DNA from: Candidatus Spongiisociaceae bacterium
GTDB lineage: Bacteria > Actinomycetota > Acidimicrobiia > Spongiisociales > Spongiisociaceae
Assembly (NCBI GenBank): GCA_965219685.1
Contig: CBDCOH010000002.1
Location: 4,288,001-4,352,000, forward strand
Length of the DNA: 64,000 nt
Direction of reading: 5' to 3'
The number at the start of each line of letters is the position of its first letter. The first letter of the stretch is position 1. A program made the position numbers and the translations under genes. Below the pieces are notes generated by a model that searched no databases, had not been told where the DNA came from, and saw only the letters and a list, made by a program, of their open reading frames with translations. Of this stretch, positions 26,970 to 38,011 are shown in pieces.

Positions 26970-29327
26970 TCAGGACACATGTGAGCAACCGGCCTCGTTG
27001 CATGTGTCATCGAGCAACCCTCTAATACCGGGCGACATATCAAGCTTTGTACGGAATCTCACTATCTCACCGTACAATTCGTCCGGGGCACGACTGATCC
27101 TGCCCCGATTACCCTCAACGAGGTAGCCAGCACGTATTGCCTCCCGAACGATGTCTTCCCGATGCTCAACAATACGCTTGCCCCGCTGTAACGCTCGTGT
27201 AGCGATGTCCTTTCGTCTCCCCCTCCCGGTCTCCTCCACGAACTTACCGAAGAGATGCCTCAGCTGTCGAGCTGCAGCACACGCAGGTTCTGTTACCTTG
27301 ACACTAAGGTGGTCTTTTCCGATCACCTCGCAGAACTGCGCGAAGTCATCCACAAAGCTATCGCCAACATAAGCTGAGTAGAATCTACGTATGTCGCCAA
27401 ACTGAACACTTCTGAGCATTTCTACATTAGAATCGAACCTAGTGCCTTTGATGAGACAGTTGTCTAGACTACTATTAGTGAGATCCGCTTGACGGAAGTC
27501 GGTGTTGGTAAGGTCGGCACCGTCGATTCTGGCTCCACGCAGAACAACGCGCCCGAATCGCATACCTGAAAGATTCAGACCAGCAAACTGGATATCCATG
27601 ATTCGCTTCGTATCTGCGGACATCTGAATCGCTAGTCGTCGAGCGTTCCTTCCGGCTACTGTATCCTCCCTAGTCTTCGCGACCAGCAGCCGCCAGATAT
27701 CATCAACAACGTTGGGATCGATGCATTTGTACATGAGCCGCATAACATTTTCTGGAAGTTCATATTTTTCCCAATCGTGGCCCAGATTACGTGGATGTGA
27801 TTGAAGATTCTGTGCCAAATACTTCGCCGCCGAATAGTGTTTCAACGCTTCGTGTGTAAACCTAAGTCGTCCATCATATCCAGGAGTGAATACAGCAATC
27901 TGTCCCATCTGTGTGATGAGCCTGCTTCCCTCCTCTTCGGTACAGTCAGGTATTACCAGTGCAGCGAACTCTCGGACATCTTCAATCAAGATACCACCCT
28001 CAAAGAGATCAGTGGTAGCACAAGTCCCTATGAACTCATGAACATCTTTGTCAGGTATGCCTAATAGAAGATCCTTCTCACGCTCACGGGCTACGATCCG
28101 TGTGAGCGCTTGCTGAAGAATATGGATTTCGGAACTGTCAGGCTGGAGACCCCCCGCGATATACTCCTCCGTGAGTAGTTTACAGTAATATGGTGTGGAA
28201 GCAAGGTCGTCAAGCACCGGATCGCTGGTTAGGCTCTCAATGAACCTTGCTACGTCGCTCCTCGAAGGTAGCCGCATACTGGCATAGTCGGTCTTAGACT
28301 GCTGTTGCCAGCCTTCCAGTTGATATACAATGACGTAGCTGCTGCAGTCCCCCTCGGAGAAGGCCTTCAGACCGCGATGTGTTTCCAATAAGGAGTCGCG
28401 GACACAAATGACAATAGAAGGTGGTGTTACACCTGAGGGCATAGTCATCAAGTCTTCCAAGTAATCGAAGAATGTCTCATCACGTTCAAGAATCTCATCA
28501 AGTCCGTCCAACAGCCATATTCCTAGTCCATGAATGAGCCTCCAGTTAAACATGTCGCGATCCATCGGCCTAGCGAGTTCAGTCCGAAGATATGCGTCTA
28601 GTAATGAACCTATCGTGGGGGCGGTGGCATCGTATAGGTGTTCAGGTAGCAAGGCAAAGGGTCTGGCGGAGAGTTGTTGTGCACGTTTGTTGGATTGAAA
28701 ATCATCGTACAGGTGTGCGTAAAGAGAAGCGAAGAGAAATGACTTGCCCATACCAGCTGGGCCGACGACAATATGGATTGTCGGGCGCTCAGTATTGCTT
28801 AGCGGTTTGCGAAGTTCACCTCTTAACCTGTCTAATAGATCGGAGCCGGTTCCGTCGCCGTTCGAGCTGGGGGACTGGATGACTCGGAAGGGCTGAGCTA
28901 TTCGTTTGTGAGCGATTTCGCTACCCCGCTTGCGGAGCTCGCTGGTTGCAGACGCGGTCCGTTCATCGCTTTCCCACCTAAAGTTGCGGTCGAAGAACTG
29001 TGCAGGGACGAGGATCCTGACTCCATGCCATCGGCGGGCACCTCTGCGAAACTCTGTACTGAGGCCCTCAAGTGTCGGTACGAGGAGTATCTTTTCCGCA
29101 GCTGGATGCTCAACCATTGCCTCTTCGAAACGGCGCAAATATGGACCTTCACGGGTGCTAAAGCTACCCCCCATGTGTGCTGGAACCCAGACGTAAATGT
29201 AGTCCTTCTCGTCGTCGCCGTGCCTACTATCGCGATTACCGTGTAACAGATCATGGCCACGGGTGCTAACGGCCCAGCCGTCAGCTTCCAAGTAGCTCTT
29301 AGCCAACGTCAAATAGTCCTCTATCAA
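26970..29327 (-). CDS. NACHT/STAND-type NTPase with pentapeptide repeats; candidate defence protein
   Basis: Walker A VVGPAGMGKS, Walker B WLLDGLDE, LASTPYY, pentapeptide run (LRGARIDGADLTNTDFRQADLTNSSLDN); AGGAGG RBS; visibly AT-richer than its flanks. Confidence 0.85.
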   Translation of the reverse strand: MIEDYLTLAKSYLEADGWAVSTRGHDLLHGNRDSRHGDDEKDYIYVWVPAHMGGSFSTREGPYLRRFEEAMVEHPAAEKILLVPTLEGLSTEFRRGARRWHGVRILVPAQFFDRNFRWESDERTASATSELRKRGSEIAHKRIAQPFRVIQSPSSNGDGTGSDLLDRLRGELRKPLSNTERPTIHIVVGPAGMGKSFLFASLYAHLYDDFQSNKRAQQLSARPFALLPEHLYDATAPTIGSLLDAYLRTELARPMDRDMFNWRLIHGLGIWLLDGLDEILERDETFFDYLEDLMTMPSGVTPPSIVICVRDSLLETHRGLKAFSEGDCSSYVIVYQLEGWQQQSKTDYASMRLPSRSDVARFIESLTSDPVLDDLASTPYYCKLLTEEYIAGGLQPDSSEIHILQQALTRIVAREREKDLLLGIPDKDVHEFIGTCATTDLFEGGILIEDVREFAALVIPDCTEEEGSRLITQMGQIAVFTPGYDGRLRFTHEALKHYSAAKYLAQNLQSHPRNLGHDWEKYELPENVMRLMYKCIDPNVVDDIWRLLVAKTREDTVAGRNARRLAIQMSADTKRIMDIQFAGLNLSGMRFGRVVLRGARIDGADLTNTDFRQADLTNSSLDNCLIKGTRFDSNVEMLRSVQFGDIRRFYSAYVGDSFVDDFAQFCEVIGKDHLSVKVTEPACAAARQLRHLFGKFVEETGRGRRKDIATRALQRGKRIVEHREDIVREAIRAGYLVEGNRGRISRAPDELYGEIVRFRTKLDMSPGIRGLLDDTCNEAGCSHVS

Positions 29328-29366
29328 GTTGTCCTCCTGATCAATGGTGAGGCGAGGTCAAGAGTC

Positions 29367-29375
29367 AGTATATCA
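29367..29375 (-). promoter_or_regulatory. Extended -10 promoter candidate (TG-A-TATACT) for the NACHT gene
   Basis: Minus strand reads TTGATATACT about 40 nt upstream of the TTG start. Confidence 0.45.
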
Positions 29376-29386
29376 AGAACGCCCCC

Positions 29387-30554
<1,168 letters not shown>

Positions 30555-31519
30555 AGCAGCATCGTGAACCGGGTCGTGCTCTCTACCAGTGTCCCGATAG
30601 CGGAACTCCGAACTGCAAAGGTTCAAGTCACCTTCCCTGTGTCCCGGCACTTCCCGGTCGGCGGCCTCGGCCGGTCGTTCGCTGATCATGATCTCGGGCG
30701 TGACGAACTTGCGGGCCCTGCGGCCGGGTCCGCACCCGCGGAACACGCAACGCTCGCCCGGTTCGCAGACTGCCACCAACTCCCGCGGCAGCCCGCCTAA
30801 GCCCTACACCTAAGCTGCCTGGTAGATCGCCTCGTGAGAGATACGCACAGACCTCATTGGGGGAATCGATCCGCAGGTGCCTCGGAGATCTGCTCGGGGC
30901 TCCAAGACGTTTCCCAGCGGTGATCAGCCCGCCGTCCCGGACGGCGACCTGACCACTTGACCGGCCGTGCTGGCACAACCGATCCTGCACATAGCGGCGG
31001 AGTTCGTCGTTGGCAGCCAGCTTGGAGACGTTCGGGCGGCTGGCGCGCCGTTCCGCGTGCCACTGCGCAGTCGTCGCCCGATCAACCACCCCACGGCTGC
31101 CGTGGACGCGTTCCGCCGCAACTCCCGGGAGATAGTCGACGCCGAACGGCCCAGCCGGCGGCCGACCTCCCGCAACTCCACACCCTGCGCATGCAGAATC
31201 GCGATCTCTTCCCGTTCCCCAGACGACAGAAACGGCCTGACTCCGGACCCAGAGAGATCGGCGGCATCCCACCCGCCTGCCGGAACCACCTCGACCCACC
31301 CGCAGACGACACCCCAGCCTCTGGGGCCTGGCGTCCTCACTCGATACACCCCGAGCGATCGCTTCCCAGATCCGGAGCCGGTCCTCACGCCGCGCTGTCG
31401 ACGGTCGACCAGGCGACCGCATCTGACCAGCCATCGCCTGAATCCCCTCCCGGCGCTTCACAACACTCACCATGAACCTCCTTCATCACCAAGTGTTGCG
31501 ACCACCAATTGAATCCGCC
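30555..31519 (-). mobile_element. IS30-family remnant (left end plus frameshifted transposase)
   Basis: End GGCGGATTCAATTGGTGGTCGCAACAC; fragments EREEIAIL...RSASTISRELRRN, WSPEQIS, ISERPAEAADR.VPGH.EGDL, IGTLVE.TTRF. Confidence 0.9.
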
Positions 31520-31625
31520 CAATACCTATCCATCCGCTACAGCAGCCAGCTCACCGAAGCTGAACCGCCCCTTCCCATGGCGGTGTGACCGAGGCCTGAA
31601 GAGTAAGGCTAAACGAGTCCCAGAA

Positions 31626-33896
31626 TCAGGACACTAAGGAGGGTGATGAGCGGATCGCCTGCCAGACCCGGGCCGGCGTGAGGGGGAAGTCCAGGGATGT
31701 CACCCCGTCCTCGCGAAGGGCGTCGTAGACGGCGTTTAGGATCGCGGGCGGAGCCCCGATACACCCGGCCTCGCCCGTTCCCTTGGCGCCGAGAGGATTG
31801 CCGGGTGAGGGGGTCGTGGTCCGCCGGATGGTCAGCGGGAAGGGCTGGATAGCGGTGGGGACGAGGTAGGCGGCCAGGTTGGCGTTCATCGGCTGCCCGT
31901 CGGGGTCGTATATGACCTCCTCGAGCAACGCCTCCCCGACTCCCTGCATGATCGAGCCGTGGACCTGGCCCTCGACGATCATCGGGTTAAGAACGTTGCC
32001 GCAGTCGTCGACCGCGACGAGGGACAGCAGCTGGACCTCGCCCGTCTCGCGTTGCACCTCGACCACCGCCACGTAACTGCCGAACGGGTATGCGAGTGTC
32101 TCTGCGATGTACATCTCCTCGGCGGCCAGCTCGACACCGGCGGCTGTCGCCGCCGCAGCCACCTCGGCGAGCGTGACCGTGGCGCCCGGCGATCCGACCA
32201 CGCCGAAGCTCCCATCGACCAGCACCAGGTCGGCCTCCGACGCCTCGAGCATCGCGGCCGCAACCGTGCGGGCCCGGTTCCGAACCTCGAGGGCGGTGCG
32301 AAGGACCGCCGAGCCTCCGAGCTGGGCGGAGCGGCTCGCGAAGCTGCCGACACCGTCCGCGACCTCGGCGGTGTCCCCCGTGTGGAAGGTCACGCTCCCG
32401 GCAGGCACGGAGAACACTCCGGCGGCTATCTGGGACCAGACCGTGCGGTGTCCCTGGCCGGCAGGGGTGGATCCGGTCCGCACGACCACGCCGCCGCGGT
32501 CGAGTTCCACCCTGCCGTACTCACCCGTGCCGAGCGCCCCTCCGGCCCGCTCGACGAACGAGGCGATACCGATGCCGATGGGGTCCTCCCCGGCGGCTCG
32601 CCGTTCGGCTTGGAGTCGCCGCCACCGGGCGATGTCGACCGTCTCGAGGGCGAGATCCAGGGCGGTGGCGTAGTCGCCGGAGTCGTAGACCGAGCCGGTG
32701 TGGGTCGCGAAGGGGAAATCTGTCCTTTCGATGAAGCTGCGCCGCCGCACGTCCTCGGGGAGCACGCCGGCCGCGTCCGCGAATGCCTCCACCGCCCGTT
32801 CGATCGCGATGGCCGCCTCCGGCCTGCCGGCGCCACGGTAGGGACCGACAGGGGCCCGGTTGGTCACGACGGCCGTTCCGGTCACTCTGAGATGCTCGAT
32901 GTCGTAGGGGCCCTGCATCACGGGAAGGGCGAAGAAGGGGACCCGGGCGCCCGCGCAGGGGTAAGCTCCGGCGTCGCCCAGAACATCGGCCGCCAGGTAG
33001 CGGATCCGCCCGTCTCGGTCACCGCCGATCCGCACGGTGATGTGCATGGCACGCCCGTGAGTCCCGCAGACCAACTGCTCGGTACGGCTCTGGAGCCAGA
33101 CGGCCGGGCGCCCCAGGCGATGGGCGACAGCCGCCACCACCGGGTACTCCGGGTAGAACTGGCCCTTCGTGCCGAAACCACCGCCCACGTCCGGAACTCT
33201 CGTCCGGATTGTGGTCGGGTCGAGGCCCAGGATCGCACCCAACTCGGCCGGGAGGCCGGCGGGTTGCTGGTGGCCGCACCAGACCTCGAGCCCGTGTCCT
33301 GCGGGACGGGCCAGGATGCTCAGCGGCTCGATGGTCACCGGCGAGACCCTGGGGATGTCCACCTCGATCAAGGCCTCGATGTCGACCGCGGGCCGCGGTC
33401 CTTCGGTCCCGATGGTCTGGCGGTGGACGACGTTCGATCCGGAGTCGGGGAACAGCAGCACGTCGCCGGCCGGCGCGGAGGCGGGATCCACCGCGGGGAG
33501 ATCCTCGACGTCGACCCACACCATGCCGGCGGCGTCCACCGCTCGGGTGGCGGAGTCGGCGACCACCACCGCCACCGGCTCCCCGACGTAACGCACCCGA
33601 TCACGCGCCAGCGGTGGCTGGCCCATGCCGGTGGCCTCCGGTGCGCCCGGATGGGGACAAGCGGGCATGTCGGGCAAGTCGAGATCGCCGGCGGTGAACG
33701 CAGCGACAACACCCGGCAGATCCCCGACCTGGCCGAGATCGGGCGGTAGCAGCCTGCCGTGGGCGACCGGGCTGCGTACGAATGCACAGTGGAGAGTTGC
33801 CTCGTCGACCAGATCGCCGACGTAGCGACCGGCGCCGGTGATCAGCGGGCGGTCCTCCAGCCGCACGGATACGCGGCCTAGTTCCACCATGTCCAT
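31626..33896 (-). CDS. Second CoxL/xanthine dehydrogenase-family Mo subunit
   Basis: VGGGFGTK, GPYRGAGRPEA, GQGHRT, FASRS, IVEGQVHG, KGTGEAG. Confidence 0.92.
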   Translation of the reverse strand: MDMVELGRVSVRLEDRPLITGAGRYVGDLVDEATLHCAFVRSPVAHGRLLPPDLGQVGDLPGVVAAFTAGDLDLPDMPACPHPGAPEATGMGQPPLARDRVRYVGEPVAVVVADSATRAVDAAGMVWVDVEDLPAVDPASAPAGDVLLFPDSGSNVVHRQTIGTEGPRPAVDIEALIEVDIPRVSPVTIEPLSILARPAGHGLEVWCGHQQPAGLPAELGAILGLDPTTIRTRVPDVGGGFGTKGQFYPEYPVVAAVAHRLGRPAVWLQSRTEQLVCGTHGRAMHITVRIGGDRDGRIRYLAADVLGDAGAYPCAGARVPFFALPVMQGPYDIEHLRVTGTAVVTNRAPVGPYRGAGRPEAAIAIERAVEAFADAAGVLPEDVRRRSFIERTDFPFATHTGSVYDSGDYATALDLALETVDIARWRRLQAERRAAGEDPIGIGIASFVERAGGALGTGEYGRVELDRGGVVVRTGSTPAGQGHRTVWSQIAAGVFSVPAGSVTFHTGDTAEVADGVGSFASRSAQLGGSAVLRTALEVRNRARTVAAAMLEASEADLVLVDGSFGVVGSPGATVTLAEVAAAATAAGVELAAEEMYIAETLAYPFGSYVAVVEVQRETGEVQLLSLVAVDDCGNVLNPMIVEGQVHGSIMQGVGEALLEEVIYDPDGQPMNANLAAYLVPTAIQPFPLTIRRTTTPSPGNPLGAKGTGEAGCIGAPPAILNAVYDALREDGVTSLDFPLTPARVWQAIRSSPSLVS

Positions 33897-34020
33897 GCTC
33901 CTCCGTGGTAACGCCCGGATCGTTGCTGCAGACCTGTCCCGGGACTCACGTCGTATTCGAGGTGCTTGCCGCCCGGTTCGGGCTGGAGACTAGACCGGGG
34001 GAGCGGGCAGCCTGGCACGG

Positions 34021-35007
34021 CTAGCCGGGACCGAGCCCGGTCACTCCCCGTACCGCCGCGACGATCTTGCCGGTGGTCGGCTCGATGTGCTGTTCGAGGG
34101 GCGGGCTGAACGGCACCGGGACATCGGCGGTGGTCACCCTGACCGGAGGAGCCACCAGGTCGCCGAACGAGTTCTCTGTCACCACCGCCATGATCTCCGC
34201 CGCCACGCCGCACCGGCGGTGGCATTCGTCCACGACCACCAACCGTCCGGTCTTCGCAACCGACTCGAGGATTCCTTGCTCGTCCAGCGGCGAGAGGGTG
34301 CGGGGATCGACCACCTCCACGTCGACGCCTTCGGCGCTCAGCGTCTCGGCTGCCTCGAGGGCCCGCTGCACCATCCAGGACGAGGCGAACACCGTGGCGT
34401 CTCCGCCCGGGCGCTTGACGTCGGCCACCCCGAACGGGATGGAGAAGTCCTCGTCGTCGGGAACCGGTCCACGCGTGTCGAAGAGACGCACATGGTCCAC
34501 CCAGGCGGTGGGGTTGTCCGACGCCGCGGCGGTCTTGACGAGCCCCATCACATCCCGGGGCGTGGATGGAGCCATTATCTCCAGCCCCGGCGTGTTCCAG
34601 AGCATCGCCTGCGGGCTGTGGGAGTGTTGGGCGGCGCCTCCGCCGCGGATCCCGTGGTTGAAGTGGAAGATCATCGGCACCTTCGTGGCGCCGCCGGACA
34701 TGTAGTGGATGTTGGCGGCCTCGTTCACGATCTGGGGAAAGGCCTGGAACATGAAGCTGGCGGTGGCGAGGTCGACAATCGGCCTCAGGCCGGCCAGCGC
34801 TGCTCCTATCGCCACTCCCACGTACCCGACCTCGGCAATCGGTGGGTGGTACACCCGGCCCGGGTAGTCGGCATGCAGGCGGGCCATGATCTCCCGGTGC
34901 TTGGTGAGACCCAGGAAGTAGAGGCCCATCAGGTGGACCCTCTCGTCGTTGGCCAACTGCCGCCGCAACGATTCGACCAGCGCCTCGGCGTAGAGCATCT
35001 CGCGCAT
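34021..35007 (-). CDS. ThDP-dependent dehydrogenase E1 beta subunit (copy 2, divergent)
   Basis: PIAE, GLRP, AQHS, EVVDPRTLSPLD, KTGRLVVVDE. Confidence 0.9.
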   Translation of the reverse strand: MREMLYAEALVESLRRQLANDERVHLMGLYFLGLTKHREIMARLHADYPGRVYHPPIAEVGYVGVAIGAALAGLRPIVDLATASFMFQAFPQIVNEAANIHYMSGGATKVPMIFHFNHGIRGGGAAQHSHSPQAMLWNTPGLEIMAPSTPRDVMGLVKTAAASDNPTAWVDHVRLFDTRGPVPDDEDFSIPFGVADVKRPGGDATVFASSWMVQRALEAAETLSAEGVDVEVVDPRTLSPLDEQGILESVAKTGRLVVVDECHRRCGVAAEIMAVVTENSFGDLVAPPVRVTTADVPVPFSPPLEQHIEPTTGKIVAAVRGVTGLGPG

Positions 35008-35023
35008 ACGTGTCGTCCCCTCC

Positions 35024-36043
35024 CTAGGCGTAGACGGACTCGAGCGCGCTGGCGACCGGCGGGTAAGGGCTGTCGAGCGCGAACCGGATGCCCTGCTGGA
35101 TCTGGTCCTTGACCTGGTCGTCCATCGCCAGCGCTTCGCCCGCGGTCAGCGCTCCCGCGGAGAGCAGTTCCCGGACGTAGCGGAGCAGCCCGTCCTGCTC
35201 GGTGTGCCAGACCGCGTAGTCGGCCGGGACCGCCGCAGGATCCCAGGCATACGAGAGATCGGTGGGACCGGTGAGCAGTTGAGGCCAGAGGGGCCGGCTT
35301 CCCGGCCACCGGACCGTGAGGGCTTCGACGAAGGTGGGGCCGCCGCCGGTTCGGGCTCGATCCACCGCCGCCGCCATCGCACCGTGGACCGCCCCGGTAT
35401 CGGTGCCGTCCACCGTGATGGTGGGAACCTTGAAGGCCGCCGCCAGGTCGGTCAGCGGCGCCGCTGCCATGGTGGACGACGGGTACTCGTTGGCCTTCTG
35501 CCCCAACGCCTCCAGGCTGTTGTTCTCGCACAGGTAGATGACGGGGAGGCTCTCGAGGGCGGCGATGTTGATCGACTCGTGGAAGGTGCCCTCCTCCAGG
35601 GCCCCGTCGCCGAACAGGCACACGGACACCCGGTCGTTCCCGAGCCGTGAGAACGCGAATGCGGCGCCGGTCGCCAGCGGCGTGCAGCCCCCGGTCGCGG
35701 CCGACGTGGTCGGGAAGCCGTGCTCGACCGAGGCGATGTGGAGGGTGCCGCCCTTGCCACGGTTGGTGCCGGTCTCCCTGCCCAGGATCTCGGCGTACAT
35801 GGCGGCCGGATCGGTACCCCTGGCCAAGAGATGACCGTGGTTCCTATGGGTGGTGAACCCCACGTCTCCCGGCTCGAGCTGCGCCAGGGCAGCCACGCCG
35901 GTGGCCTCCTGCCCGATGTAGACGTGGAAGTGACCGACGTCGTACTCGCCGGCCAGCTCTATGAGCCCCTCCTCGAAGCGGCGGATGACCAGCATCCGGC
36001 GCAGGTAGTCGCCGAGGCGATCAGGCGGTAGGTCGGGAACCAT
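35024..36043 (-). CDS. E1 alpha subunit (copy 2, divergent)
   Basis: IRRFEE, GQEA, HRNHGH, GKGGTLH, GDG...CENN ThDP motif; GGGAGG RBS before ATG 36043. Confidence 0.9.
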   Translation of the reverse strand: MVPDLPPDRLGDYLRRMLVIRRFEEGLIELAGEYDVGHFHVYIGQEATGVAALAQLEPGDVGFTTHRNHGHLLARGTDPAAMYAEILGRETGTNRGKGGTLHIASVEHGFPTTSAATGGCTPLATGAAFAFSRLGNDRVSVCLFGDGALEEGTFHESINIAALESLPVIYLCENNSLEALGQKANEYPSSTMAAAPLTDLAAAFKVPTITVDGTDTGAVHGAMAAAVDRARTGGGPTFVEALTVRWPGSRPLWPQLLTGPTDLSYAWDPAAVPADYAVWHTEQDGLLRYVRELLSAGALTAGEALAMDDQVKDQIQQGIRFALDSPYPPVASALESVYA

Positions 36044-37046
36044 GTACTTCCTCCCTTCTGTCGATCCGTTGGGGTGGCGCCTCGCCAACCAGGCCCTGCA
36101 CCGCCCTCACGATGTCTCCGGAACCGGGGAGGAACGCGTCCTCCAGTTCCGGTGCGGCCCCCACCGGGGCGAACGGCGCCCCCACCCGGGCGACCTGAGC
36201 GGCCGGGCGGACGCCGGGGGCGGCCAGGAGGCGGGCCGACACCTCGGCGCCCACCCCGCCGGTGGTTACGGCCTCGTGAGCGACCACCGCCCTACCCGTC
36301 CGGTTCAGCGAAGCTATGGCCGGCTCCAGGTCGAGCGGCGCCAACCAGCGGAGGTCGATCACCTCGCATTCGATCCCGTCCGCAGCCAGCGAGTCCGCCG
36401 CAGCCAGAGCCTGGCGCACCATCCTCGAGTAGGACACGATGGTCACGTCGCCGCCGGGGCGCCGCACCACCGATCCCGACGCGGGCTCGTCCCCCGTGAC
36501 CTCCCCCTTCATCCAGTACAGACCCCGGTGCTCGACGTACACCACCGGGTTGTCGTCGGCGATCGCCACCTCGAGGAGCGTCTTGGCGTCGCCCGGGAAG
36601 GCGGGCGCCACAACCTTCAGTCCCGGGGTATGGAGGAACCAGGCCTCGAGGCTCTGTGAGTGGTGGGCGCCGAACCTCCCTCTCACCCCGCCCTGAACCC
36701 GGACCGTGAGAGGGACCCGCAGCAGGCCTCCGGTCATGAAGCCCAACTTGGCGGCATGGTTGACGAGTTGGTCCATCGCGAGGGTTACGAAGTCGACGAA
36801 CATGATCTCTACCACCGGCCGCAGCCCCGTCGCCGCAGCCCCGGTGGCCACACCCATCACGGTCGCCTCGCTGATCGGAGTGTCGAGGATCCGGCCCTCG
36901 CCGAACTCGCCCGCCAGTCCTTTGGTGGCCCCGAAGGGCCCGCCGTAGCGGATGTCCTCGCCCAGCACGACCACATCGGGGTCGGCGAGCATCGAGGATC
37001 GCAGCCCCTCCCGCACAGCCTCGATGTAGCGAACCCTGGCTGTCAT
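36021..37046 (-). CDS. E1 beta subunit (copy 1, AcoB/PdhB-like)
   Basis: LGEDI, DTPISE, EIMFVDF, HHSQSLEAWF; TGATG coupling to the upstream alpha gene. Confidence 0.92.
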   Translation of the reverse strand: MTARVRYIEAVREGLRSSMLADPDVVVLGEDIRYGGPFGATKGLAGEFGEGRILDTPISEATVMGVATGAAATGLRPVVEIMFVDFVTLAMDQLVNHAAKLGFMTGGLLRVPLTVRVQGGVRGRFGAHHSQSLEAWFLHTPGLKVVAPAFPGDAKTLLEVAIADDNPVVYVEHRGLYWMKGEVTGDEPASGSVVRRPGGDVTIVSYSRMVRQALAAADSLAADGIECEVIDLRWLAPLDLEPAIASLNRTGRAVVAHEAVTTGGVGAEVSARLLAAPGVRPAAQVARVGAPFAPVGAAPELEDAFLPGSGDIVRAVQGLVGEAPPQRIDRREEVHGSRPTA

Positions 37047-38005
37047 CACACGTACACGTCGCAGGTCACGTCCAGCGGGTCGGCCGGCGGGTCCGCCAGT
37101 GCCTGCTCGGTTGCACCGTCGACATCCGACCGGGCTTCCGCCTCGATCGCGTCGATGGTCTCCACAGGAACCCCGGAGTCCAGCAGGTGTCCGGCGAAGC
37201 GTGCGACCGGGTCCCTCTGCTTCCATTCCTCCCGTTCGGACAGAGTCCGGTAACGGGCGGGGTCGCCTTCGTAATGACCGCGCAGGCGGTGGGTGAGCAC
37301 CTCCACGAAGGAGGGCCCGCGCCCTCCCCGGGCGATGTCGACCGCCCGCCGGACGGCGTCCCTGACCGCCAGGACATCACCGCCGTCGACCGTTACGGCC
37401 GGGATGGAGTACACGGATGCGTAGTCGGCGAGGCGTTCCACCACCGTGTGTGCAGACAGGGGAGAGAACTCGACGTACCCGTTGTTCTCGCACACGAGGA
37501 TCACCGGTAGCTTCCACAGCGCGGCCAGGTTGAGGCTTTCGTGGAAAGGCCCGCTCTGGCCGGCGCCGTCCCCGAAGAAGGCCACCGATACCCGGTCCTC
37601 GCCGCGGGTTACGCCGGTCAGCGCGGCTCCCAGCGCCAGGGGAATGTTTCCGGCCACCACCCCGGTGGCGGTTACGAAGCCCACCTCGGGGGCGGATATG
37701 TGCATCGACCCGCCCTTGCCCTTGCAGTAGCCGGTGGAACGCCCGGCTATCTCGGCCATCAACCGTCGCAGGTCCGCCCCCTTGGCGATGGCGTGCGCAT
37801 GCGAGCGGTGGGTGCCGAACACATAGTCATCACGACGCAAGGCGGAACAGGTGCCCACCGCCGATCCTTCCTGCCCGATGCCCAAGTGGATCAGCCCCGC
37901 CACCCGGCCGGCGGCGTACAGCTCCGACACCTTCTCCTCGAAGGCCCGAACCAGCCACATCCGCTCCAGGATCGCCAGATCCGTAGCGAGGCCACTCTCG
38001 CTCAT
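37046..38005 (-). CDS. E1 alpha subunit (copy 1, AcoA/PdhA-like)
   Basis: HRSHAH, GKGGSMH, GDGA...CENN, RLRGHYEGD. Confidence 0.93.
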   Translation of the reverse strand: MSESGLATDLAILERMWLVRAFEEKVSELYAAGRVAGLIHLGIGQEGSAVGTCSALRRDDYVFGTHRSHAHAIAKGADLRRLMAEIAGRSTGYCKGKGGSMHISAPEVGFVTATGVVAGNIPLALGAALTGVTRGEDRVSVAFFGDGAGQSGPFHESLNLAALWKLPVILVCENNGYVEFSPLSAHTVVERLADYASVYSIPAVTVDGGDVLAVRDAVRRAVDIARGGRGPSFVEVLTHRLRGHYEGDPARYRTLSEREEWKQRDPVARFAGHLLDSGVPVETIDAIEAEARSDVDGATEQALADPPADPLDVTCDVYV

Positions 38006-38011
38006 GCAGGA

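Noticed and set aside
31561-31571. TGAACCGCCCC as the second end of the IS3 element
   Set aside because: Same orientation as the left IR and only 11 bp; cannot be the right IR.
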